This document shows, in pieces, positions 34,970 through 44,721 of a DNA stretch of 64,000 nucleotides. The DNA comes from a virus. The notes below the pieces were generated by a model. That model ran no database searches, was not told where the DNA came from, and saw nothing but the letters and a program-made list of their open reading frames with translations. The stretch lies in the IMG/VR virus record IMGVR_UViG_3300037473_000391; one strand, given 5' to 3'. The stretch's first letter is position 1; each line of letters opens with the position of its first letter. The position numbers and the translations under genes are program-made.

Positions 34970-35212
34970 TCAGACGAGCTTCAGGTATTCGCCGTTCGCG
35001 TTGATCGATTCGAACTGCTTACGGGTGAGCAAGATGCTCTCTCCGGGTCCGCAGTTGTCGACCCTGCCGAACTCGGTGACGACGCATTCGACAACGTCGT
35101 CGTCACTCGTTGGCTTCGCGGCTTTGGGCGCGGGCGCTTGAACCTCGACCTCGGGCACGGCTCGCGCGGTGCTCTCGGCGGGCTTGTCGCTCGGCTTGTT
35201 CGAGCCGGCCAC
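34970..35212 (-). CDS. hypothetical protein
   Basis: Track ORF directly after the capsid gene. Confidence 0.45.
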   Translation of the reverse strand: MAGSNKPSDKPAESTARAVPEVEVQAPAPKAAKPTSDDDVVECVVTEFGRVDNCGPGESILLTRKQFESINANGEYLKLV

Positions 35213-35213
35213 G

Positions 35214-36314
35214 TCAGGCTCCCACGTTGGTCAATAGGTAGCCCGTGGGCGCCCCAACAACCTTGTCGATGTCCGAGCTGGTCGTTTGCACGACGTAACC
35301 GCCGGACACTCCGTTGAGCGGACGCAGATCGATCTTCGTCGAAGGACGCTTCCAGGTGAAGCGCGCGGCGAAACCGGCGTTGCGATTGCGCGTTGCCGTG
35401 CCCTTCATGACGCGGACGATGCCGAAGACGTCGCCCCACATGCGCGAGTAGGACGCGGACTGACCAATGTTCGCCGTGTCCTTCCAGGCCTTGCCGACCA
35501 ACAGGTCATCGAGCCCGAACACGTTGGCGATCATCTTGGGCGTCACAAGCCCGTTCGCCTCTGGCCCGTAGCGGAAGATCGCCAACATGGTCGAATGCTT
35601 CGCCAGGATGTTGTAGACGTTGAGCGAGCAGAAACCGAGCACGCGCGACGGACCAGCGCCCTGCCAAATGGCGGCGCGCGCGGTTTGCACATCCGCGATG
35701 GGCGTGCCGCCCGTCGACCAACCCGTCGAGACGGCGGTCGTGTTGCCTGAGTAGTTGCCGGCCGTGGTGAGCAGCGTGACCTGGCGGGCTTCACGTTGGT
35801 ACGCGAGGCCCTCCGCCGTGTTCTCGGTCGCGGCCACGAACTCGTCGAGTACCTCGTCCTGGTTCTCGATCGTCGAGAGCGGGACCGACTCCTTGTAGCC
35901 GTGGTCGACCGACAAGTAGCTTTGGGTCGTCAGCGAACGCGAGATCTTGTTCGCCTCACCCTCGACCGACAGGTTGTCGCTCGGGTATGCTGTGAAGTCG
36001 CGGCGACTCATCTCGTAGAATGAGTCGGCCTGTTTCTCGACCTTGACCTCGGGGATGAGTAGATCGCCGATGTATTCCTCGTTGGCGTACGCGATCGCCA
36101 AATTGCTGAGCGGGCGATTCACGTGCACCTGACCGGGCGTCATCGCCTTGATGGTCCGAGTGAACGCGGCGCGTGCAGCCTTGTGCTCTGGAGCGTCGCT
36201 GTTGAGCACGAGATCCATGGCCTGTCGCTCGCGCTGGTAGGTCGCGAGACGCGGACCACCTTGCAGGATCTTGAGCTCTTCCCAGCTCATGGGACGAACG
36301 TCGTTCTTGTCCAT
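35214..36314 (-). CDS. major capsid protein
   Basis: 366 aa, positioned after the protease/scaffold and DUF2190-like genes. The family was not resolved by eye. Confidence 0.75.
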   Translation of the reverse strand: MDKNDVRPMSWEELKILQGGPRLATYQRERQAMDLVLNSDAPEHKAARAAFTRTIKAMTPGQVHVNRPLSNLAIAYANEEYIGDLLIPEVKVEKQADSFYEMSRRDFTAYPSDNLSVEGEANKISRSLTTQSYLSVDHGYKESVPLSTIENQDEVLDEFVAATENTAEGLAYQREARQVTLLTTAGNYSGNTTAVSTGWSTGGTPIADVQTARAAIWQGAGPSRVLGFCSLNVYNILAKHSTMLAIFRYGPEANGLVTPKMIANVFGLDDLLVGKAWKDTANIGQSASYSRMWGDVFGIVRVMKGTATRNRNAGFAARFTWKRPSTKIDLRPLNGVSGGYVVQTTSSDIDKVVGAPTGYLLTNVGA

Positions 36315-36355
36315 TGCTTGATTGTTCTTTCTTGAAAGAAGTGATGGCTACGGGA

Positions 36356-36766
36356 TCACACCGCGCGCATCGCGTATCCGAGCATCAGCCCGACGCGATC
36401 ACCGGCGACGCCCGTCTGCATGAAGATGCCGTACGTCGGCACAGCGGTGGTTCCGGGTTCGGCTGCGGTGCCCGCATTCGTAAACCCGTCGGCCACAAGC
36501 TTCGCTTTGGTGCCGCGCGTTGCGCCGCCGGTACCAACGAGCACTTCGACGACAGGGGCAAGGAGACCGACTTCGCAGTACTCACCAGCCGCCTTGGTTT
36601 CGAGAGCGACGCCAACGGCCAGATCGCTTGCCGCGCCCGCCGTTCCGATTTCATCGTCGGCGCCAGAAAGGAGTACCGCCATCCCGAAGGTGGAGGTTTG
36701 ACCGGACGCTACCTTGTAGCGCTCACGAGTCAGATACGTGTCATTGACCAAAGCACGGGTTGCCAT
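36356..36766 (-). CDS. DUF2190-like head decoration/cement protein
   Basis: 136 aa, G/A/T-rich, immediately upstream of the capsid gene. Confidence 0.6.
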   Translation of the reverse strand: MATRALVNDTYLTRERYKVASGQTSTFGMAVLLSGADDEIGTAGAASDLAVGVALETKAAGEYCEVGLLAPVVEVLVGTGGATRGTKAKLVADGFTNAGTAAEPGTTAVPTYGIFMQTGVAGDRVGLMLGYAMRAV

Positions 36767-36812
36767 GTTCGTTTAGCCTTTTGAGTTGTCGGAAAAGGTT
36801 TACGCCGCGCGC

Positions 36813-38138
36813 TCAGGCCGCCGACTTCGCCTTGTTGATTGCAGCTTCGAGCGGATCGACTTCGTCGTCGGTGACGGCCGCGGCGGCAGTTGCGCTCGCA
36901 CTTGCCGGCAGGTCTTTGACGACGCGATCCTTCAGCGACATCGCGGGACGCGACGCGATCATCTCGTTGAACAAGTCCTTGTCCTTCAACGCGAGCCGCG
37001 TGAAGCGATCGACTTCATCGGCGGTGATCTTGTCACCAACGAGGGCGTTGACCTCGGCCTTGACGACCTGTTCGTTCAGCGCCGTGATCTTGGTCTCGTG
37101 CGCCTTGATGGTCGCTCGAGCCTCGGCCAGCACCTTCTCGCCTTCGACCAGCTGATTTTTCAGTTCTGCGTTGGCGGTCTCGAGTGAGGTGGCCTTGTTG
37201 CTTGCACCCGTGGCCTTGTCGTTCGCTTCCTTGAGCTGATTGCTCAGCAGCGTGATCTGGGCCTCGAACGCGTCTTTTTCGGACTTGTCCATGTTGTTCG
37301 ATTCTTTCGAAAGAGCCACGCGTTCTGCGGGCGGTTGTTTCGTTGCTTGATTGAGCGCCGCGGCCGTCGCGTTGGCGCTGCGCCATGCGGTGTTCAGTGC
37401 GCGCACGTAGTCGCTGGCCGTGTCTTCCGACTTGGCGGATCGCTTGCTGCGATTGCTCGCGCTGCCATCTGCTTCACCAGCGTCTTGCTCTTCGCGCAGG
37501 ACCTTCTCGGCGAACCCTTCAGCGACAGCTTCGTCGGCTGAGAGCCACGTTTCCGCGTTCACCATCTCGGCGATGTGTTCGCGCTCGGCACCCGTGAACC
37601 GGGTGTAGAGATCGATCATCTGCGCGTTAACCTTGTCGAGGAAGTTGGCGGTGTCGCGGAAGTCCTCGGCGTTCCCGTACGCGAATGTCCACGGCTGGTG
37701 GATCATCCACATCGAGCCTTCGCCCATGTAGATCTCGTCGCACCCCATCAGAGCGATGGTCGCGGCGGATGCCGCATAGCCATCGACGTATCCAGTGACA
37801 TTCGCCTTGTGCTGCCGAAGCAGGTTCGAGATGGCGACACCGGCGAACGCGTCGCCTCCCGGGCTATTCGTTCTGACGTTGATCTGTTTGGCGTTCGGGA
37901 ACTCGGAGAGCTTGGCCGCGATCTCGCTGGCGCTAACGCCGAACCAATCGCTGATGACGTCGTAGATGCGAATCTCGATCGTCTCGCCTAACGTGTCCTC
38001 GGCGCGAACGCCCCAACCGTCGAACCCAAAACGCTCCTTGTCGGAGAGAAGGGTCTTCAGGTTAGGCTGCGGTTTGATCGCTTGAAGCGGCAGCGCTAGT
38101 GTCGTCTGCCGCATCCGCGGTGAGTGCGTCTTCTTCAT
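36813..38138 (-). CDS. ClpP-family prohead protease fused to a coiled-coil scaffold
   Basis: Motifs NSPGGDAFAGVAISN and GYAASAATIALMGCD...MIHQPW, with a long helical C-terminus. An alternative start lies at 38114. It overlaps the portal 3' end. Confidence 0.8.
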   Translation of the reverse strand: MKKTHSPRMRQTTLALPLQAIKPQPNLKTLLSDKERFGFDGWGVRAEDTLGETIEIRIYDVISDWFGVSASEIAAKLSEFPNAKQINVRTNSPGGDAFAGVAISNLLRQHKANVTGYVDGYAASAATIALMGCDEIYMGEGSMWMIHQPWTFAYGNAEDFRDTANFLDKVNAQMIDLYTRFTGAEREHIAEMVNAETWLSADEAVAEGFAEKVLREEQDAGEADGSASNRSKRSAKSEDTASDYVRALNTAWRSANATAAALNQATKQPPAERVALSKESNNMDKSEKDAFEAQITLLSNQLKEANDKATGASNKATSLETANAELKNQLVEGEKVLAEARATIKAHETKITALNEQVVKAEVNALVGDKITADEVDRFTRLALKDKDLFNEMIASRPAMSLKDRVVKDLPASASATAAAAVTDDEVDPLEAAINKAKSAA

Positions 38139-39462
38139 CGATCGGTTTCCCGCCGCCCACCTGGTCGTAAATCCACGACCGTGACAGCGGCAGCGATGCC
38201 TTCCTGAAGTTCAGGACCGCGCGCGACAACATCTCGATGTCGACGGCGTCTTGCGTCTGAAGTTCGAGCGTCGGAGGGCGGACGCTTGATCCGTAGTTGT
38301 AGAGAACGATCGCGGCGACGAGCTGAGCGCTCAGTGTCTGCGAGTTGCGTGACGCATCGAGCTCGAGCTTCGCTTCGAACTTCTCGTTGCGCGTTTCGGT
38401 GGCGGCACGCGCGCCGTTCTCGCCCTCTTCGATGGCGTCGGCGCTTCCGAGCACGACCTTGAAGATGCCGCGCCCGATGTAGCTGTGAAGCTCTCGGTGC
38501 TGGCTCTTGCCCGAGCCATTGCCTGGTGCTGACGTGCCCGTTTGGATGTCTACGTCTTCGGAGTGAACGAGGACGTTTGAACTACTGAAGCGCTCGAGAT
38601 CGGCGACGATCGCATCGATCTCTTCTTTGACCGCGCCCTTCTTGTAGATGCCCTTACGCCAGGGCTTCCACCCGATCTCAGCAAGAACGAGCCAGTCCTT
38701 GAGTGTCCAGTTGCGGAAAAGCGCGGCCCAGACGAGAACTCGAATGAGTCCTTCGCGGCACGCAACATCGCCGGTCATCCGCGGCTGGTGCTGGATGAAC
38801 TTGCCGAGCGGATAGTCGGCAACGAGATCGATTGCCGCTTCCGGATTGATGGCGTCCTGTTGGACGAGTCGTCCGTCGCTCTGCCGAAAGCGGAAGCGCG
38901 AGTGAGCGATTGGCCAGATCTGGGTTGGCAGCAGGTAACCGCCCGACCAAGCCCAGCGCGTCTCCGCGGCAGCGAAGCCGAAGAAGTTGGCGCTCTGAAG
39001 GTGCGCGACGAGTCCGCTAATCGAAAGCGACCCGGGGCTAGAGCCTGCTAGGGCGTCGAGCTTCGTCAGTGCCGCGCGGACCAGCTCGGTGGCTTCGACT
39101 TCTTTGGGCGTCGCGTTCTCGGGTTCGCAGATGACGTACGGGAGACCCGACACGCCATCCTCGCGAGCCGCAAGCGCCGCCTGAAGATCGAAGTCCTTCT
39201 GTCGGCACTCGTTACCGAGCGCGACGAGTTCGTAGATGTCGCCGTGATCGGCTGCGCGAAGAATCGCGGAAACGCGTTGTGGTGTTAGATGACCACCGAT
39301 GCGCGTGATCTGAAACGCGAGCGCCTCAGGATCAATCACTCGCTTGGTGATCGATTTCGGGCTTCGGTTTACACCTTGCTCGAGCTGACGCGGCTCAATT
39401 GCCGCTGCGCCGACGGTCTCACGCGGAGACCACAGCGAAGTAATGCGTTCCCAGATTCCCAC
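38062..39462 (-). CDS. portal protein (Mu gp29 / DUF935-like)
   Basis: 466 aa, immediately after the large terminase gene. AADHGDIYELVALGNECRQKDFDLQAALAAREDGV fits my recollection of DUF935. Confidence 0.75.
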   Translation of the reverse strand: MGIWERITSLWSPRETVGAAAIEPRQLEQGVNRSPKSITKRVIDPEALAFQITRIGGHLTPQRVSAILRAADHGDIYELVALGNECRQKDFDLQAALAAREDGVSGLPYVICEPENATPKEVEATELVRAALTKLDALAGSSPGSLSISGLVAHLQSANFFGFAAAETRWAWSGGYLLPTQIWPIAHSRFRFRQSDGRLVQQDAINPEAAIDLVADYPLGKFIQHQPRMTGDVACREGLIRVLVWAALFRNWTLKDWLVLAEIGWKPWRKGIYKKGAVKEEIDAIVADLERFSSSNVLVHSEDVDIQTGTSAPGNGSGKSQHRELHSYIGRGIFKVVLGSADAIEEGENGARAATETRNEKFEAKLELDASRNSQTLSAQLVAAIVLYNYGSSVRPPTLELQTQDAVDIEMLSRAVLNFRKASLPLSRSWIYDQVGGGKPIDEEDALTADAADDTSAAASSDQTAA

Positions 39463-39464
39463 AC

Positions 39465-41075
39465 TTAGAAGCCTCGGGCGTTCGTGTCATCGCCCCAGCG
39501 CGAGGCGGGACGCGGTTGACGCGGCACCACTGCCGTCATCTGGTTACCGGCGCCGTAGATTGCGATGGCGAGCGCGTCACCCTTGTCGGGGCTGCGTCCG
39601 AGTCGCTTCTTAATTTGATCTTTGGGCTCGACCTTGCGGCGACCCTTCGTGTCGAACGAGTACTGCGGGGCCAGGATGTCGCCCTGCAACTCATCGTCCG
39701 GAGGTATCGAGCCGCCCTCTTTGAGCCACTCTCCGACACCGAATAGCGCCTCATCTCGGGCGTTGACGTATTGCGGATCCCTTGCAGCCGCCGAGCCGTT
39801 GAACTCGTGCACACGGACGAGTTGAATGTCCGGTCGCGTGTGCTCCTTGAGCATTACGCGAAGCTGGTCAACAACTCCGCCGCCGTAGCCGCCGCCGACG
39901 TCAACCGTGATGCACGCGGGCTCATCGACGCGCTTGTTCGCAACGATCACGTCAAGCGCCATGCCGGCGACTTGAATGCTATCGAAGCCAGAGCAAGCTC
40001 GAGCTTCGAGCGCTCGCGATCCGCGATTTGGCTGTGCTACGCTTTGGTCATCACCGAAGCGCGCGACGTCGAGTCCGAGGGATATAGGGCCATCCGGCGC
40101 ACAGCTTGGCCATCGCTCGACCGCTTGCTCGACGAGCAGCAGCGCGACGACCGAATTGGCCGCTTGCGATGGCGGGCGACCAAGGACACGCACCTGGTAG
40201 CGCGGGTCATCGACGCCCCATTGCTTGCGGCGTTGCTCGCACCATTCTGGTGTTGCGAGCCCAGGGATCCATTCGCGTCCAACGATCCACAGGGGAGCGT
40301 CGACCGAACGGAGCCGGTGAAACTTCCAAACGCCTGTTTCATTCGGAGGCTCGCCCCGAATCTGCTGGCGCTCCGCTTCGAAGAACGTTCCCGATGTTTG
40401 CGTCGGGTTACCGTATAGAAGCTGGTGACCGCCGCCTGCCGTGTTGCCTTCGAACGCGGCGAAGAATGTCTCTTTGATGCCGCTCGCTTCGTCGGCAATG
40501 ATCAGGATGTTGGCGCCGGAGAAACCGGCCGTTCCTTCCTGAGTGCCAGCTACGCGACCACGCAGCCAGTTGTGCGTTAGTGGCGACTGGATGCCGCGTC
40601 GCGGATCGAGCGGAAGCGACGGGAGTGGAAGCAGCCGAAGCGCTTCGAGAACCCATGGCTCAGTAGCGGACGGCTTTTCAGCGACCGCGCGGAGCACCTC
40701 TCTGAGTTCGTCCCAGAGGATGTCTTTGACCTGGTCCTCGGTCGTGCTCGTCAGAATGACGGGGGCACGCTCTCGAGTTTCACACCACCAAGTCCCAGTG
40801 CAAACTGCGCCGCGAGACTTGCCGGTCTTCTGTCCCGAGTGAACGCAGACGTGCGCGTAGCGCGCGACATCGAGCGCAATCTCGACTTGCTTGTCATGCA
40901 GACGAGTGCCGAGTCGCTCCCAAGCGTAGAGCCCGGGATCGTCGTGCCAGCGCGCGATCAGTTCTGCTGTCGCGTCAGTGCACTCGTTGCTCTTCAGACT
41001 CGCCAGCTTCGCTTTCGCTACTCTCCGCAGCGATTGCTGAAGCCAGTCGCTCGAAGTGTTCTGCTGGGAGGACAC
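39465..41075 (-). CDS. terL: terminase large subunit
   Basis: Walker A-like HSGQKTGKS and Walker B ILIIADEAS. 536 aa. Confidence 0.85.
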   Translation of the reverse strand: MSSQQNTSSDWLQQSLRRVAKAKLASLKSNECTDATAELIARWHDDPGLYAWERLGTRLHDKQVEIALDVARYAHVCVHSGQKTGKSRGAVCTGTWWCETRERAPVILTSTTEDQVKDILWDELREVLRAVAEKPSATEPWVLEALRLLPLPSLPLDPRRGIQSPLTHNWLRGRVAGTQEGTAGFSGANILIIADEASGIKETFFAAFEGNTAGGGHQLLYGNPTQTSGTFFEAERQQIRGEPPNETGVWKFHRLRSVDAPLWIVGREWIPGLATPEWCEQRRKQWGVDDPRYQVRVLGRPPSQAANSVVALLLVEQAVERWPSCAPDGPISLGLDVARFGDDQSVAQPNRGSRALEARACSGFDSIQVAGMALDVIVANKRVDEPACITVDVGGGYGGGVVDQLRVMLKEHTRPDIQLVRVHEFNGSAAARDPQYVNARDEALFGVGEWLKEGGSIPPDDELQGDILAPQYSFDTKGRRKVEPKDQIKKRLGRSPDKGDALAIAIYGAGNQMTAVVPRQPRPASRWGDDTNARGF

Positions 41076-41556
41076 GCTGTGCGACGTTCAAAATGTGAGC
41101 GATGCCCTGGTCCACTGCTGTCACGACCATGGCCTGCGGAGCCTCGAGACCAAGCAGCTTGGCGCGCCTGGTGTCGAGCTTGACGAGGCGGTCAACGGCA
41201 TCGAGGGTCGAATCGAATGGATCGATTGCTGCGCCGTTTTCGTCTTCCGGTAGACCGCGCCCACCAGCTTCGAGAGCCGGCATGATCGCCTCGGTTGCGA
41301 CCTCGAGTCTTGCCAGGCTGATAGCCCGCTCGGCCCGGATGCTTGCATTGGCGAACTCTCGGGTACGGGCGAACACGGCTTCGATGTCCCGCTGAACCGT
41401 TGCGACGCCAACACCGAGTTCTTGGGCGATTGCCCGCACCGACCTGGCCTTGAGCTTGAGCTCCGCAACTTTGACGCGACGCTGCTCGATCAGCAGCTCC
41501 TTCGCCTTCTGCTCGGGGGACTTCTTGGAGCGCTTGGGCTCCTGTTCCATGGGCAT
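40975..41556 (-). CDS. terS: terminase small subunit (HTH)
   Basis: HTH segment VRAIAQELGVGVATVQRDIEAV and a position directly upstream of terL. Confidence 0.6.
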   Translation of the reverse strand: MPMEQEPKRSKKSPEQKAKELLIEQRRVKVAELKLKARSVRAIAQELGVGVATVQRDIEAVFARTREFANASIRAERAISLARLEVATEAIMPALEAGGRGLPEDENGAAIDPFDSTLDAVDRLVKLDTRRAKLLGLEAPQAMVVTAVDQGIAHILNVAQRVLPAEHFERLASAIAAESSESEAGESEEQRVH

Positions 41557-41688
41557 GACGTTCCGCAGGGGCGAATCCGAACCGCCGTCCCGCGCTTTGA
41601 GGGGATGGGTTGCTGGCTGAGCGGTTCTGGTGAACTGCAGCCCGTCGCGACCCTTACAGGTACTAGGCCAACTTTCTCACCCCAAACA

Positions 41689-41714
41689 TGTCCAGACTTG
41701 TCCAAACGTGTCCA
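41689..41714. promoter_or_regulatory. three TGTCCA direct repeats with exact 10-bp spacing
   Basis: TGTCCA occurs at 41689, 41699 and 41709. The repeats lie in the 162-bp gap upstream of terS. Confidence 0.4.
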
Positions 41715-41718
41715 CAAT

Positions 41719-42006
41719 TCACTCTTTCAACACAAGGACCCATATGTGTTTGGCGTGGATACGGAGCTCCTCCAGAGTCGTGTAAACCTTGCCCCGTGGG
41801 CGCTTTCTCTGGTGCGCAATCCCGAGGTCTTCGAGCATGGTTCTGACCATCCGACGGTTCTCGTCAGGGTCACCCTCCATCTCGGCGCGGCGAACGATTT
41901 CGGCGCAGTCGATCTCCCCGAGGGCGGCGCGCGCTCGGGCCCTTTTTCGCCTCCCGTGCCTGATTTTCCGTTCTTCAGACACAGACTGGCAGTCTTGGGT
42001 CGCCAT
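41719..42006 (-). CDS. hypothetical basic protein (95 aa)
   Basis: Internal ATG at 42006 overlaps the upstream stop (TGATG). Confidence 0.5.
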   Translation of the reverse strand: MATQDCQSVSEERKIRHGRRKRARARAALGEIDCAEIVRRAEMEGDPDENRRMVRTMLEDLGIAHQRKRPRGKVYTTLEELRIHAKHIWVLVLKE

Positions 42007-42974
42007 CAGTGCGCCTCCACGCGCGTCTCGAAACGGCGCCCACTGAAGTCCATTGGCTCCTCGACGGTCTCGATGTCGCCTACGAGTTCGGGCGTCTTCT
42101 CGACCAGGTCGATGACCTTCCGGCGCCGAGCTTCGAGGATTTCGTCGTAGGCGACGCCCCACGATTCGGTTGCGGCGCAAAGCAGCTCATGTGCGCTCTG
42201 CTCGCCTTTGATGAACTGCGAACGGCGCTCGTCCATTGCACGGAAGTTCTCGGTGAGCCGCTTGTACGTCTCGACGATACCTTTCTTCGCGCCGTGCTCC
42301 TGAGCCTTTGAGAGCAACAACTTCGTCGCCGACTTCCACGCGAGCGGCATGATCGACGTTAGACGATTGGCATGCTGACCCTCGCAGTGGTCGCCCTCTT
42401 CGCCGTGGTAGATGAGCAGGGCGAGTCTGTGGATCGGGTTCATTTGCCCAACCCGAATCATCACGCGTGTGCTTTGCGCCAGCGTCATGACGGCCGCGTC
42501 AGTGGGCTCACGCATCTCGACCCAGCCTCGAGTCACACCCTGTCGCCCGACTGTGATCTCGTTCTCAGAAGTCCTGCCGCCGACCTCTCCGGAGCCGCTG
42601 CAGCGCTCACACTTCGACTTCTTGCAAAACTCCTCGTAGTCCCGCTCTTTGCCGAAAAGCGCCTCGAACGTCTCCTTGCGCTCCTCCCAAGCCAGCATCT
42701 TCTCGCGATCGAGACCTGTGCCGCGGCACCGTCTACAGGAACGACGCATCACGCTCACACGCATGCCGACCTCGTTCTTGTCCCAGTCCCAGACGGAGTG
42801 ATCGGCGAACAATGCAGCTCGTTCCAGAACTGCGCCGATTGGGGATTTGTCGCCCAGCGTCACCGGGCTGCGGAACAACGCTGTCAACAGGTGCTGCCCG
42901 CGCGCGAGTGGCGGGGGCGGGGTCTCGTACTTCTTCTCGGCCTTGGGCGGATTTGCAGTCTGGGTCGTTTGCAT
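42006..42974 (-). CDS. hypothetical protein with two DnaJ-type CxxCxGxG zinc knuckles
   Basis: CRRCRGTG and CERCSGSG. Confidence 0.55.
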   Translation of the reverse strand: MQTTQTANPPKAEKKYETPPPPLARGQHLLTALFRSPVTLGDKSPIGAVLERAALFADHSVWDWDKNEVGMRVSVMRRSCRRCRGTGLDREKMLAWEERKETFEALFGKERDYEEFCKKSKCERCSGSGEVGGRTSENEITVGRQGVTRGWVEMREPTDAAVMTLAQSTRVMIRVGQMNPIHRLALLIYHGEEGDHCEGQHANRLTSIMPLAWKSATKLLLSKAQEHGAKKGIVETYKRLTENFRAMDERRSQFIKGEQSAHELLCAATESWGVAYDEILEARRRKVIDLVEKTPELVGDIETVEEPMDFSGRRFETRVEAH

Positions 42975-43033
42975 GTAAACCTCCTGGTGCAGGGCCTGGA
43001 GGCTTGGTCGGGAAACTGGCTAGGCCACGGTCT

Positions 43034-43417
43034 TCACCAGTGCGATCCCGCGCAACTCCGTTCAGGAGCGACACGTGGCACAATCTTCTTCGGGAAGCTC
43101 ACGACGTGGAGCTCCATCTCAGTGATGGCGCTTCCGAGCCATGATATCGACGTGCCAATTGCACCAAAGGCCCCGAAGCGACACGTCACCTCGACGGCGC
43201 TCCGAACTCTCTGGGCACCCACCAGCCTCTCCCCGTCTTCGATCTGCCCGCTCAAGGTGAACTCAGCCGACTCCGCCGTCTGCTCCCAAAACGGGCGTTC
43301 ATAGCAGTACACCATGCGTCGCCCATCGTCCCAACGGAGCCGCATCTGACACGGGAATCGCTCACCCGTGCCACTGACACGCACGATGCAATCGATGATT
43401 TGGTTGAAAATCAGCAT
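43034..43417 (-). CDS. hypothetical protein
   Basis: Track ORF. Confidence 0.5.
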   Translation of the reverse strand: MLIFNQIIDCIVRVSGTGERFPCQMRLRWDDGRRMVYCYERPFWEQTAESAEFTLSGQIEDGERLVGAQRVRSAVEVTCRFGAFGAIGTSISWLGSAITEMELHVVSFPKKIVPRVAPERSCAGSHW

Positions 43418-43428
43418 GCGTTCTCCGA

Positions 43429-43794
43429 CTATGACTCAACTCGAACGAGTTTGCCGTAAACCTTCGTTGTCCACCCGTTCGTGAATCCACGATTATTGCG
43501 AATCTGGAAGTGGCGGAATGTTCGCGATCCGTTCCCGACATCGCGCGTGGCAGCCACGGCGTGCAGGTACTGCTTACCACCAACCTCGCACAGCACGACG
43601 TCTCCGACGTTAACATCGTAGGGCTCGATCGGAGCAACCGTGCAGAGTTGCCCAGACTTGATGATCGGCTCCATCGAACTACCTCGGGGGCGAAACGAAA
43701 CGGTCTCGCCGCAACTCAGTTCGGTGATGTAGCGCGAGGCCCAGTCACCAGGTGAGGAGTTCGCTGGACCCAGCAGGTTGCGGCGGTAGTTCAC
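43429..43794 (-). CDS. stand-alone S24/S26 (LexA/UmuD/signal-peptidase-like) peptidase domain protein
   Basis: RPRGSSMEPIIKSGQL followed by GDVVLCEVGGKQYLH. Confidence 0.6.
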   Translation of the reverse strand: MNYRRNLLGPANSSPGDWASRYITELSCGETVSFRPRGSSMEPIIKSGQLCTVAPIEPYDVNVGDVVLCEVGGKQYLHAVAATRDVGNGSRTFRHFQIRNNRGFTNGWTTKVYGKLVRVES

Positions 43795-44006
43795 AATGCC
43801 TCCAGTTCAGCGAGCTGCTGCTTCAGTTGCTCAATGCGCGCCTGACGCTCTCTCTCGAATTCGGACGTGTCGACCGACGCACCCAGCATCTTGGCAAACC
43901 GAATCGCTTCGCCCGGAGGACTGAAGCGAATCACGAACTTCGGCGATCCGTCGCACTGATCGACGACGAGCGCGCCCTCGCGATCCAGTGAGAACTTTGC
44001 GTTCAT
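43791..44006 (-). CDS. hypothetical protein
   Basis: 4-nt overlaps on both sides. Confidence 0.45.
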   Translation of the reverse strand: MNAKFSLDREGALVVDQCDGSPKFVIRFSPPGEAIRFAKMLGASVDTSEFERERQARIEQLKQQLAELEAL

Positions 44007-44335
44007 GAGCGGCCACCGTTGCGGTTGCCACTGGGTGCCTTCGTTGCGACAGGCACGCCGCCCGAATAGGTTCCGTGATCCCAGATTAGCCGACGCGCCC
44101 GATCCGCCTCATTCGCGAGTTCGCCCTTGTCTAACAATGCGAGCTTCTCAACGATCGCATCGAACGTGCTCTTGGGGCACATTCCAGTGAACCGCGGTTC
44201 TTCACGTGTTCCGCGGTACAGGTAAACAGTGCCGCTGCCCCCAGGGACAGCCGCCGCTCCCGTCACTGCCGTCTCAACGGTCAGACCATCGGCGTTATCA
44301 TCACCCCAGGGGGCTACGTGCCATTCGCGGGTCAC
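44003..44335 (-). CDS. hypothetical protein
   Basis: 4-nt overlaps on both sides. Confidence 0.45.
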   Translation of the reverse strand: MTREWHVAPWGDDNADGLTVETAVTGAAAVPGGSGTVYLYRGTREEPRFTGMCPKSTFDAIVEKLALLDKGELANEADRARRLIWDHGTYSGGVPVATKAPSGNRNGGRS

Positions 44336-44721
44336 GGCGCGTCTCCTGCTTGGCCGACACTCCGAAGCTGTGGGACGAATAGTGGTGGCGGCTCCGGGTA
44401 AACCGCTGGAATCTCATTCGGCGGCGCGAGCATTCTCCAGTAGGTCGAATATGCGCCGGAGGCCGCGCGCACGAAGTCTTGGCGGTCGATCTCGCCGCTG
44501 TCCTTAGCGTTCTCTGTGAACCGATACGTCTTCCAAATTTGCGTGCTGTCGTATTGGTCACGCGTGAACGTCTGTATCCAATCGTCGATGCCCGGCATGC
44601 GGCATCCATGTTTGATTTCGATCCAACTTTCGTCGGCCGTTGATCTGAGCGCAGTTGCCACGTGTTGCAATTCAGCGCTTATCTTCGGTGCTTCAACCAT
44701 CACTCGTCTCCTCAAAATCAA
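44332..44721 (-). CDS. hypothetical protein
   Basis: Track ORF with locally lower GC. An alternative ATG lies at 44700. Confidence 0.45.
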   Translation of the reverse strand: MILRRRVMVEAPKISAELQHVATALRSTADESWIEIKHGCRMPGIDDWIQTFTRDQYDSTQIWKTYRFTENAKDSGEIDRQDFVRAASGAYSTYWRMLAPPNEIPAVYPEPPPLFVPQLRSVGQAGDAP

